A stretch of DNA of 62,952 bases, counting the filler, from Octopus bimaculoides (taxonomy: Eukaryota), in the NCBI RefSeq assembly GCF_001194135.2. It is 4 parts of 4 records of this genome, joined end to end, with 100 filler letters (N's around TTAATTAATTAA, not from the genome) between each part and the next. Parts side by side here need not be neighbours in the genome. Positions count along the whole stretch, not along the records: positions 1 to 30,980 come from NC_069010.1; 3 more parts are not named here. One strand, 5' to 3'. The translations under genes and the position numbers were made by a program. Position 1 is the stretch's first letter. Each line of letters begins with the position of its first letter. The notes under the pieces are model-generated. The model did no database searches. It was not told the DNA's origin and saw only the letters and a program-made list of their open reading frames with translations. Below, piece after piece: positions 12,269-24,392 of this stretch.

Positions 12269-12860
12269 GTTTTTTTTTATTTAAAAAAATTTTTTTTAGA
12301 GTTTATGGTATTGATCAGTAGTTCTTAAATGGGGTCCATATAAAATTTTTGGGGAGTCCCCATAAGCCAAATAGTAAATAGGGTCAACAGTATTATTTTA
12401 ATGGTCCATGAAAGAATTTTTTTAAAGGGCGTGTAAAGACTAACATTTAATTTTCCAAGCTGAGATTCGAAACTGATCCACACCACTGGCCCAACAAGCA
12501 CAAAAGAAATTTCTTTGTCCTGTCAAAAAGTGATGAATAGATTTCCATTTGACCTCCAACTTGAGCTGTGTCACTGAGGGTTCAACTGGACTGGACAGCA
12601 GGCGACCTAGATAGGTGTGTCTGTTCTTCTAGCTAGGATGACCATCACAAATACAACCAGAAACACAACAGATGGACAGACAGCTAGCAACAGGCAAGCA
12701 ATCAAGAGAGAGCTAGATGGCAGGTCATTAGGAAGCAGTGACCAACGACACAACACAGTAGCAGAACACTTATATAGTTCCACATATTTATAATTGTATT
12801 TATTTATATAAGGGCATTACTATACAAGAATGCCTCACGCTATGAGGGACTCTAAGGTCT

Positions 12861-13191
12861 TCATATACACATAATTTTTCACGTCTGGCCGCATAGCCTT
12901 TTCCGTTTGTTTTCCTGTCTTGTTTTTTGTCCGCCACTACATTTCCTCCATGGCACAGGTTTAATTTGTGTATACAAATTTAATTTGCGGTCCATGGGAA
13001 GAGCCATTTTAACGATGCGTCCTGCCCAACTCTTCGAAACGCCGGTGTTAAAATGGGGGTAGCTGATGAAGGAAAATGTTCTCTATGTGGCTTGTGTGTT
13101 TTCTGTACTCTGGTTATTATTATTTTCTTGTCTACGTTTTGTTTGCAATGTCCTGTACCCAGATATGCACCTATATACAGGTAGACATAGG
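12861..13191. repeat. About 330-bp dispersed repeat, direct copy at 19977-20308
   Basis: Nearly identical blocks from tcatatacacataatttttcacgtctggccg to tacaggtagac. Confidence 0.85.
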
Positions 13192-13626
13192 NNNNNNNNN
13201 NNNNNNNNNNNNNNNNNNNNNNNNNNNNNNNNNNNNNNNNNNNNNNNNNNNNNNNNNNNNNNNNNNNNNNNNNNNNNNNNNNNNNNNNNNNNNNNNNNNN
13301 NNNNNNNNNNNNNNNNNNNNNNNNNNNNNNNNNNNNNNNNNNNNNNNNNNNNNNNNNNNNNNNNNNNNNNNNNNNNNNNNNNNNNNNNNNNNNNNNNNNN
13401 NNNNNNNNNNNNNNNNNNNNNNNNNNNNNNNNNNNNNNNNNNNNNNNNNNNNNNNNNNNNNNNNNNNNNNNNNNNNNNNNNNNNNNNNNNNNNNNNNNNN
13501 NNNNNNNNNNNNNNNNNNNNNNNNNNNNNATCGGTCTCTTTTTGCCGAACCGCTAAGTTACGGGGACCTAAACACACCAGCATCGGTTGTCAAGCGATGT
13601 TGGGGAGGACAAACACAGACACACAA

Positions 13627-13666
<40 letters not shown>

Positions 13667-13667
13667 G

Positions 13668-13889
13668 AAGGCGGCGAGCTGGCAGAAACGTTAGAAAGCC
13701 GGGCGAAATGCTTAGCGGTATTTCGTCTGCCGCTACGTTCTGAGTTCAAATTCCGCCGAGGTCGACTTTGCCTTTCATCCTTTCAGGGTCGATAAATTAA
13801 GTACCAGTTACTCATTGGGGTCGATGTAATCGACTTAACCCCTTGTTTGCCCCTTCTATGTTTAGCCCCTTGTGGGCAATAAAGAAATA

Positions 13890-13890
<1 letters not shown>
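13668..13890 (+). mobile_element. Well-preserved SINE family A copy
   Basis: aaggcggcgagctggcagaaacgttag...gagttcaaattccgccgaggtcgac... Confidence 0.85.
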
Positions 13891-13924
<34 letters not shown>

Positions 13925-14598
13925 CAAATTAAAAGGGTAAAGGATTATCAATTTATTAATTCATTAATAAATCAACAATTAATAATTTTTATCAAGCCCA
14001 TCGGTATGTAAGCACCATTATTGGTGGAGAACTTTAAAAGCTCATATATATTTATAAACATAATTAAGGGATCAGCAAATATTTGCTTCACACATATACG
14101 ACGGGCTTCTTTCAGTTTCCGTCTACCAAATCCACTCACAAGGCTTTGGTCGGCCCGAGGTTATAGTAGAAGACACTTGCCCAAGATATCACGCAGTGGG
14201 AATGAACCCGGAACCATATGGTTGGCAAGCAAGCTACTTTATTTCATAAATATTTGCCATAAAGGCTTAATTTTTTTTTGCTTAATTTTTTTTTTTTTGC
14301 TTAAATTTAATTTTTAATTCACAAAAAGTTTCTGAAAATTCCCTAAAATGAAAAAGTTATGAGGGGTTATACGGTGTGGTATTTAATTTAAATTAAATTT
14401 TTTTTTTCAGAATTGTATGAATTCTCGTGTGAAGAACACAAATTCGCAAAAAAACTTTCCAAAAATTCCAAAAAAATAAATTCTGAGTGGGTGCTTCAAT
14501 CTGAATTCCTGCGGAAAGAAATTTAAACAAGATCCAGTTTTTACAATCAACGTATTACAATTCCTAATTTTACCTACAACATCCGATATCAGATGTAA

Positions 14599-14651
14599 AC
14601 TTCCGCTTTTGACATGGACCCTGGCTTTTAGTTAACACGTGCGTTTTCACC
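14599..14651 (+). promoter_or_regulatory. Putative RBM19 core promoter/5'UTR with an ETS motif (ACTTCCG, 14599) and an extended E-box (AACACGTGCG, 14634-14643)
   Basis: Both motifs are directly visible within 55 nt upstream of the ATG. Function is inferred. Confidence 0.55.
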
Positions 14652-14687
14652 ATGTCTCGTTTAATTGTTAAAAACCTACCGAAAAAT
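14652..14687 (+). CDS. RBM19: RBM19 exon 1 (36 nt, MSRLIVKNLPKN)
   Basis: CACC-ATG start context, 12 codons matching the conserved RBM19 start, donor AAT|GTAAGT at 14688, phase 0. Confidence 0.92.
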
Positions 14688-17600
14688 GTAAGTTATTTCT
14701 AAATTTACTCAAATATCAGACTACAACGATGTATAATGGGTTGTTTCCTATAATATTTCTCGTAGTTATTGAGTAAAATAATTCGATATTACTTCTGTTT
14801 ACGGTTTGGGGCTCAAAATCCGTTAGAGTCTGTGTTGATTTTTTTTTTTCCCTAAGGCAGCACACCTACAATTTAGTGTCCCATCTACTTTCGCTAAAAG
14901 TCTATGACGTCATGTGTGTATGTATATATGTATAACATTGTCTTTCATTAGCTCGACAGAATCGAACAGATAGTGCCCAAATTTATTTCATGTTCTATCT
15001 TTTACTTGCTCTACTATGCCGTTATTGTTTACTCCCATGTCTATTCTGATGATCAAAGGTGTTCCAACTTTGATAGTCATGTTTTTTTATTCAGACTTAG
15101 TGTATCTAGGACTACATTATCTAATGTGCCTGTGCTTATTATTATTGTTGTTCAACATTAGGTCAATCCTAAACCAGTACATGTAAAATCAAAGTTATTC
15201 CAGCTGTGATCATCCCATCTTTTATTCAGACAAAGTGTATCTAGGACTACATTATATAATGTGCTCTAGCTTGTTGTTTAGCCCCAGGTCAGTCCTGATC
15301 CAGTAGACATACAACCAGTGACGTTCCAGCTGTGGCCATCCCGTCTTTTATAGTGTATCTAGGACTACATTATCTAATGTGTTTCGCCATATTGTTGTTT
15401 AGCCCTAGGTTATCCTGGTCCAGCAGACTTATAATCAGCAATATTCCAGCTGTAACCTTCCTGTCTATTATTCAGACATAGTTTACCTAGGACTACATTA
15501 TCTAATGTGTCTTATCTTGATATATTGTTGTTTAGCCCCAGGTCGTTCCTGATCCTGTAGACCTATGATCAAAAGCATTCCAGCTGTGAACATCCTACCT
15601 TTTATTCAGACAGTGTATCTAGGACTCCATTATCTATATAGAAATAGATGTGTCTGTGTTTGTCCCTCTTCCACCCCTTGACAACTGGTGTTGGTGTGTT
15701 TACATCCCCATTACTTAGTGGTTTGGCAAATTGAATAAATCAAACCCAGGACTTATTTTTTTGAACCTATTACTTTATCGATCTCTTTTGCCAAACCACT
15801 AGATTACCAGGGACATAAACACACTAACACCAGTTGTTAAGCGGTGGTGGACAAAGACATGCACTCACACACACACACACGTAGATAGATAGATACAGAG
15901 TGTGGTGAATAAACTGTTGTCTAAATCAAGGGTTTTCAAACTGTGGTCCGCAAACCACAGGGGGCCCGTGGACAGCAAATACTTTTTATGGGCAATTTGA
16001 TTTTATATACGTTTTTTAATCGAAATCTTTTCATTGACAATAAACCTATTTGTTAAATACTGTTAAATAAATAAATGTAAAAATATATGTTATTTTAAGC
16101 AAATATTTATGTATAAATTTCATAAGCGTTTATAAGGGGGTCCTTATAAGGTAAAGCCTGAAATATAAAGGAGTCCACAAGTCAAAAAGTTTGAAAACCC
16201 CTGGTCTAAATTATGCAAAAATGAAAATAACACTGACATTTCATTTTAACAGATATATTTACCAAAATTACATAAAAATATCTTGAAATACTAAAGAGGA
16301 AATCTATTCAATAGAATCGCTGTTGGCTTCAAACAATGGCTTCCAGATGACTAGGAAATTTCCTGCGACTCTTCTGAATGCTGCCATAATCCTTGCCTTC
16401 GGTTCATCTTTGGTGTTACTCTCTTTACTCTTTTACTTGTTTCAGTCATTTGACTGCGGCCATGCTGGAGCACTGCCTTTAGTCGAGCAAATCGACCCCA
16501 GGGACTTGATTCTTTGGAAGCCTAGTACTTATTCTATCGGTCTCTTTTTGCCGAACCGGTAAGTGACGGGGACGTAAACACACACCAGCATCGGTTGTCA
16601 AGCAATGTTGGTGGGGCCAAACACAGACACACAAACACACACACACATATATATATATATACACATATATACGACAGGCTTCTTTCAGTTTCCGTCTACC
16701 AAATCCACTCACGAGGCTTTGGTCGGCCCGAGGCTATAGTAGAAGACATTTGCCCAAGATGCCACGCAGTGGGACTGAACCCGGAACCATGTGGTTGATA
16801 AGCAAGCTACTTACCACACAGCCACTCCTGTGCNNNNNNNNNNCAAAGCTTTGGTCGGCCCGAGGCTATAGTAGAAAACACTTGCCCAAGGTGCCACGCA
16901 GTGGGACTGAACCCGGGACCATGTGGTTGGTAAGGAAGCTACTTACCACACAGCCACTCCTACGTCTACCAAATCCACTCACAAGGCTTTGGTCGGCCCG
17001 AGGCTATAGTAGAAGCCACTTGCCCAAGGTGCCACGCAGTGGGACTGAACCCGGGACCATTGTGGTTGGTAAGCAAGCTACTTACCACACAGCCACTTTT
17101 TTTTTGGTCTCTCACTCAACTGCGCCCCCACACATAATAATGAAGGGGTTTGCAGTCTGGGATGTTAGGGGTGATGTGGTTGCAAAAATTGTCTGACAGC
17201 CATGGCTGGGTTCTCCTGCTTGTGTGGCATGGGGGCAGAGTCCTGTTGCCAGACATAGGGCCTTCCATCAGCCACCCTCTTGACTTAGGGCAGCACTACT
17301 TCCTCCAGGTACTTGATGTAGGCCTCCATGTTGAGAAGTGTGAGACCATGTGGGAAGATGAATGGAGGCATAACGTTGCCATCACTAGCGATCACTCCAA
17401 ACACCATGATGTTGACTGGATGTTTGATTTTTACCACTCTCGGTACATGTCCTCAGGTTGACACCCAAACACTCTGAAATGTTTGTATTTTAGTTTCAAT
17501 CATGAATGCCAAGCAGTACAACATGTCGTTTCCAAATTTCTGGCAGAGTGAATTGCAACATGGTGCTGTTTTTTTCACAGACGGTGCCCAGTTAACTCTA

Positions 17601-20600
17601 CTATGCTGTGTAGTTGACAAAATCAAAAACAAATAATGCACATGCGCAAAGTTAAAAATATAAAATGGTAGCAATTTACCCNNNNNNNNNNNNNNNNNNN
17701 NNNNNNNNNNNNNNNNNNNNNNNNNNNNNNNNNNNNNNNNNNNNNNNNNNNNNNNNNNNNNNNNNNNNNNNNNNNNNNNNNNNNNNNNNNNNNNNNNNNN
17801 NNNNNNNNNNNNNNNNNNNNNNNNNNNNNNNNNNNNNNNNNNNNNNNNNNNNNNNNNNNNNNNNNNNNNNNNNNNNNNNNNNNNNNNNNNNNNNNNNNNN
17901 NNNNNNNNNNNNNNNNNNNNNNNNNNNNNNNNNNNNNNNNNNNNNNNNNNNNNNNNNNNNNNNNNNNNNNNNNNNNNNNNNNNNNNNNNNNNNNNNNNNN
18001 NNNNNNNNNNNNNNNNNNNNNNNNNNNNNNNNNNNNNNNNNNNNNNNNNNNNNNNNNNNNNNNNNNNNNNNNNNNNNNNNNNNNNNNNNNNNNNNNNNNN
18101 NNNNNNNNNNNNNNNNNNNNNNNNNNNNNNNNNNNNNNNNNNNNNNNNNNNNNNNNNNNNNNNNNNNNNNNNNNNNNNNNNNNNNNNNNNNNNNNNNNNN
18201 NNNNNNNNNNNNNNNNNNNNNNNNNNNNNNNNNNNNNNNNNNNNNNNNNNNNNNNNNNNNNNNNNNNNNNNNNNNNNNNNNNNNNNNNNNNNNNNNNTAT
18301 ATATGTATGTATGTATGTATACACACACAACAGGATTCTTTTGGTTTCTGTCTACCAAATCTACTCACATGGCTTTGGTCAGCCCAAGACGATAGTAGGA
18401 GACACTTGCACAAGGTGTCACACAGTGGGACTGAACCTGGAACCATGTGGTTGGGAAGGAAGCTTCTTACCACACAGTCAACTTTACCTTTTTTTTAAAA
18501 TCATTCTTAACTTCTGTTTATTCCAGATGACCCAGGAACGTTTACAGGAAATATTCGGGGTCAAAGGTCACATAACCAACTGCAACCTCAAATACACCAA
18601 AGATGGCGTTTTCCGCAAGTTTGCGTTTATTGGATACCGAAATGATGAAGATTGTTCAGCAGCCATCAAATATTTCAGTAAAACTTTTGTTGATACCTCC
18701 AAGATACAGGTAAGGGGAAAAATATCAAAAGGTAGTTGCGATACGGATGCATTGATTGAGATGAATTAGTGTGTCTGTTTGGAAGCGGGTAGTATTGGCT
18801 GGCTGGACATTCAGACATTCAAGCTGTCTTGGTGGCAGTATGTTTTTGGCACTGTAGGCAAGCACATCTGTATACATCATCATCATCATCATCATGCTAG
18901 CATGTGTTGGACGATTTGACTGAGGACTGGTGAAACCAGATGGCTACACCAGGCTCCAATCTGATTTGGCAGAGTTTCTACAGCTGGATGCCCTTCCTAA
19001 ACGCCAACCACTCTGAGAGTGTAGTGGGTGCTTTTACGTGCCACCAGCACAAAGGCCAGTCAGGCGGTTCTGGCAACAGCCACGCTCAAAATAGTGTATT
19101 TTATGTGCCACCCGCACAAGAGCCAGTCCAGGGGCACTGGCAACGATCTCGCTCGAAAGTCCTTACACATGCCGCGGGCATAAGTGCCAGAAAGGCGACG
19201 CTGGGCACAGGTGCCATCACGATTTTGCTTTCGCTTGCCCCGATAAGTCTTCGCAAGCTGAGTTTCATGTCCAATGATACAGATAGATAAATAGAGAGAA
19301 AGAAACATTACACATAAATCCAAGTATAACTAGATGTTCACATGCATAAATCAAGAGAGAGGGAGAGACAGGGTTATTACACATACATACAAACATAACT
19401 GGAGGTTCACAGAGAGAGAGAAAGGGAGAGACACATTAAACATAAACATAACCAGGTGCTAACACATAAACAGAGAGAGAGTGAGGGACATTACATAGAC
19501 ATATAAACATAACTAGTTGTTCACAGAGAGAGAGAGAGAAGCATTATGCCTACATACAAACATAACTAGATAGATAGATAGAGAGAGAGAGAGAGATTAC
19601 ACATGTACAAACATAACTGGATGTTCACTGGGAGGGAACAATATTACACATGCATACAAACTAGATGTTCACACACACAGAAAAGTGAGTGAGAGAGGAA
19701 TAGAGAAAGAGAATGAGACATTACACATGCATACAAACATACCTAGATGCTCATACACAGAGAGAGAGAGAGCATGGGAGAAAGAGATGTTACATATACA
19801 TATGTGGTTGGCAATAGGAAGAGCATTCAGCTGTAGAAACATTGCCTGATCAGATTGGAGCCTGGTGCAGCCTGCTGGCTTGCCAGACCTCGGTCAAACA
19901 ATTCAATCCATACCAGCATGCCGAGCAAACACGCGAACTTACTTCGTCCCGACTTTCAGTTCGTGCCTCACAGCGTTCATATACACATAATTTTTCACGT
20001 CTGGCCGCATAGCCTTTTCCATTTGTTTTCCTGTCTTGTTTTTTGTCCACCACTACATTCCTCCATGGCACAGGTTTAATTTGTGTATACAAATTTAATT
20101 TGCGGTCCATGGGAAGAGCCATTTTAACGATGTGTCCTGCCCAACTCTTCGAAACACCGGTGTTAAAATGGGGATAGCTGATGAAGGAAAATGTTCTTTA
20201 TGTGGCTTGTGTGTTTTCTGTACTCTGGTTATTATTATTTTCTTGTCTACGTTTGGTTTGCAATGTCCTGTACCCAGATATGCACCTATATATACAGGTA
20301 GACGTAGGCATGCACATACCTGTACGTATATATGCATATACTCATTTATTATTTGTTTTATATATATATATATAAACATCGTTAAGGGATCAGCAACAGT
20401 TGCTTCACCACATACCGAAGTTCAGAAATAGCAGCTAAAGTGCTAAAGCTCCAACAGATAGTGCTTGTAGCTCACAAGACTGATTAGTTTCGTTGTTTTT
20501 TTCTTCTTGTTTTGCCTTTGTGAGTTACAAGTACTGTTATCTATTGGAGCTTTAGCACTTTAGCTGCTATTTCTGAACTTCGGTATGTGGTGAAGCAACT

Positions 20601-23600
20601 GTTGCTGATCCCTTAACGATGTTTATAAATTTATAAGAACTTTTAAATAAGTTCTTCACCGATAATGGTGTTTACATATCGAAATGCTTNNNNNNNNNNA
20701 ATATAACAATACATAAAGAAGGGCTAGAGTTGAAGTGCTCAGCATGAGCTAGAATTCATTTTATAGTAAAAATGGATGCATAAGGGGGGAAAACCACAGG
20801 AACAATACCATATGTCAACGCAAGAGATAATATGTGTGTGTGTGTGTTCAATTCCTTCAAGAATCAATAAATAAATTTATAGTTTTCAGTCTCTAAAGTG
20901 TCTAAAAGGTACGGTAAAAAGACAGGCAAATACAAGGATATAAACTTTAGAAATATCATGAATGTTCAAAATATATACATACATTGCTTGTATGTGAAAC
21001 ACGTATATAAATATATATTGTACCTGTATTTCAAAGGGGCCAGTCTTGTCACATTCTGTGTCATGTTGAATCTCTCCGAGAATTACATTAAGGGTACACG
21101 TGTCTGTGGAGTGCTCAGTGGCCAGTCAGGCTCCTGTATTTGTTTATCTTGATCTCTTCTTCATTATGGGCAGCGATACTTGGGTTTTGTGGCCGATGCA
21201 GCGAGGCTGGGGAATGTGTCTGTGATCCATGTTACTTTCCCTCAGTGGAGCATTGAAAGATGAAGATCTGCTTGCGACAGTGAAGAAGGGCAATGATTAT
21301 ATCTGTAACAACTTTCATTTTACCAGGTGGAGCCTGCTTATGACTTAGGGGATGCAAACAGGCCAAGATCCTGGAGTAAATACTCTGCAGAAAGCTCCAA
21401 TTATATTTACAAGGAAAAGAGCAAACCCAAACCGGATCCCGAAAAGAATGAAATGGACAGCAAAAACAAGGTACTTACATCTGTGTGTATCTATCTATCT
21501 ATCTAACTATCTATCTCTCTCTCTCCATCTGTCTATCTCTCTCTCTTACTATCTACCTTTTAAACAAAAAAAAAAAAGCCTGAGGTGACCGTAGGCTTTT
21601 CTCTTCACGGATAAACCTAATCTGTTCCCCCCCCCCCTTTTTTTTTTTTACATTGACTGTGATACTCGATCCCTATTGATCGCCTCCCCCCTTTATTTTA
21701 TTTCATTTTATTTATTTTTTTTTTNNNNNNNNNNNNNNNNNNNNNNNNNNNNNNNNNNNNNNNNNNNNNNNNNNNNNNNNNNNNNNNNNNNNNNNNNNNN
21801 NNNNNNNNNNNNNNNNNNNNNNNNNNNNNNNNNNNNNNNNNNNNNNNNNNNNNNNNNNNNNNNNNNNNNNNNNNNNNNNNNNNNNNNNNNNNNNNNNNNN
21901 NNNNNNNNNNNNNNNNNNNNNNNNNNNNNNNNNNNNNNNNNNNNNNNNNNNNNNNNNNNNNNNNNNNNNNNNNNNNNNNNNNNNNNNNNNNNNNNNNNNN
22001 NNNNNNNNNNNNNNNNNNNNNNNNNNNNNNNNNNNNNNNNNNNNNNNNNNNNNNNNNNNNNNNNNNNNNNNNNNNNNNNNNNNNNNNNNNNNNNNNNNNN
22101 NNNNNNNNNNNNNNNNNNNNNNNNNNNNNNNNNNNNNNNNNNNNNNNNNNNNNNNNNNNNNNNNNNNNNNNNNNNNNNNNNNNNNNNNNNNNNNNNNNNN
22201 NNNNNNNNNNNNNNNNNNNNNNNNNNNNNNNNNNNNNNNNNNNNNNNNNNNNNNNNNNNNNNNNNNNNNNNNNNNNNNNNNNNNNNNNNNNNNNNNNNNN
22301 NNNNNNNNNNNNNNNNNNNNNNNNNNNNNNNNNNNTTTTTTTTTTTTTTTTTTGTTATTCCCATTTGTATTTTATTTATGTGGTGTGCAAGAGAGATGAC
22401 TGCGCTGGTATGGCCATGTGATGCAACATGGATGGAGACGGCTGTGTACAGAAGTGCCGACCTCTAACATGTGGAGGAAACCTGTGGCAGAGGTAGATCC
22501 AGGAAGACATGGGGACAAGGTGGCGAAACATGATCTTCGAATGTTGGGCCTCACAGAGGTGATGGCAGATGACTGAGACCTTTGGTGATGATGCTGTGCT
22601 TGAGAAGACCCATCAAGCCAAGTGCAATCATAGTCGTGGCTGATGCTGGTGCCACATAAGACACCTGTGTCAGTGGCATGTAAAGAGCATACGTTACGCT
22701 CTTGGAGTAGCTTGGTGTTAAGAAGGGGATCCAGACGTAGAAACCATGCCAAATCAGACTGGAACTTGGTGTTCCAGTCAAGCTATCATCCAACCCATAC
22801 CAGCGCGGTAAGCAGAAGCTAAATGATGATAACAATGATGATTTATTTCTAATATACTCAATAAAGGCAATACTAAATTAAAATAGCAATCCATCTACTA
22901 TACTGAATGTATAAATGTATATACAGTGTTGATAGGCCAAATACTACAGTATTTACATTATTTGCATTGGACAGATAGGTGTCTTCATCTTGTTTGTTGT
23001 TACCACAATGTTTCGGCTGATGTACTCTCCAGCCTTCATCAGGTGTCCTGGTGGAATTTTGAACCCAGCCCTTTATTTGACTAATGGGGTAGTTGTAGTA
23101 GTAGTAGTAGTGGGCAGCAATAGTGCACCCAATGCATTTCAGTTTTTTTGGTCCTTTTCAATGACTGAAACTTGTGGCCAGACATTTATTGATACCAGAA
23201 TTCATCTCTTCTGATACTTATTTTGTTTTTAACACAGCTTAACCATTAAGCAAAATAGGCACATACTTACAACATCGAGGGAAGAGTGTGGGGTGGGGCA
23301 CCAAAGAAATGGTAAATGGTTTACAACACAAAAGAAATCACTTTAACCCTTCAGTATTCAGATGTAAAGCTTGTTTATTCATGTTCATCATCATCATCGT
23401 TTAACGTCCGCTTTCCATGCTAGCATGGGTTGGACGATTTGACTGAGGACTGGTGAAAACCAGATGGCTACACCAGGCTCCAATCTGATTTGGCAGAGTT
23501 TCTACAGCTGGATGCCTTTCCTAACGCCAACCACCCAGAGAGTGTAGTGGGTGCTTTTACATGCCACTGGTATGAAGGCCAGTCAGGCGGTACTGGCAAT

Positions 23601-24349
23601 GGCCACGCCTTTGAATTTATCCTGCGTTATCTTGTAGCCTTCAGATTTCAATGATGAGATTGTTTATTTTTGGACTGACACTGTAGGGTAGGTATGAAAA
23701 GCTGGATCTAGCTTGTTTGAGACCATAAAACAGGTAGAATATTTTATCTAAATATGGCTGGCTTAAATGCTAAAGGGTTAAACTTGCTAAAATAATGATA
23801 GTGGTGTTGATGTTTGTGATGATGATGATAGTTATTATTATGGAGATGATGGTGATGATGATGATGATAAACCAGACAAGAGATTATGTCTATCATTAAT
23901 TATTTAGTCATTTACCTTTTCGTTCTTTCTGTTTTTATTCAGCTTTATGAGAATTCTGAGTTTTTGGAATTCCTGGAAGCGCACAAGTTGTCTGGAAAAG
24001 GGGCCAAGAATATGTGGAGCAACGACACAATAGAATTCCTTAAGAAGTCATTTGATTCACAGAACAAGAACAAAGGAACCAATGAACCGTCTGAGGTTGT
24101 CTTTGATGATTCTGGCAATGAATCTGCAGATGATAAATACGAAACCATGGCTAAAAATAGTAAGCCTCTTCCTTTCATATTTCATGTCTGCAAACAAATC
24201 ACTTTTCTTAGTTTTCTTCTTCTATATAGGCACAAGTATGGCATGGCACTTTGAGCAACCTTTTTCTACTATCGTCTCAGGTTAACAAAGGAATTGTATA
24301 TGGACATGGTTGAAAGAAAGTGAAGAGGCTTTTTGTGTGTGTGTATGTG

Positions 24350-24392
<43 letters not shown>

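Noticed and set aside
13035-13080. Type-II hammerhead candidate (cttcGAAAc...gtg...CTGATGAagg; also about 20145-20190)
   Set aside because: Position 17 would be G (non-cleavable), and no convincing stem I or II forms.
15040-15635. CRISPR-like repeat/spacer appearance (also 28258-28600)
   Set aside because: Eukaryotic intron context, no cas genes, and the spacers are homologous to one another, so these are ordinary tandem repeats.
16845-17097. Triplicated family B SINE head
   Set aside because: It begins at a 10-N gap with near-identical copies, so it is probably an assembly overlap rather than biology.
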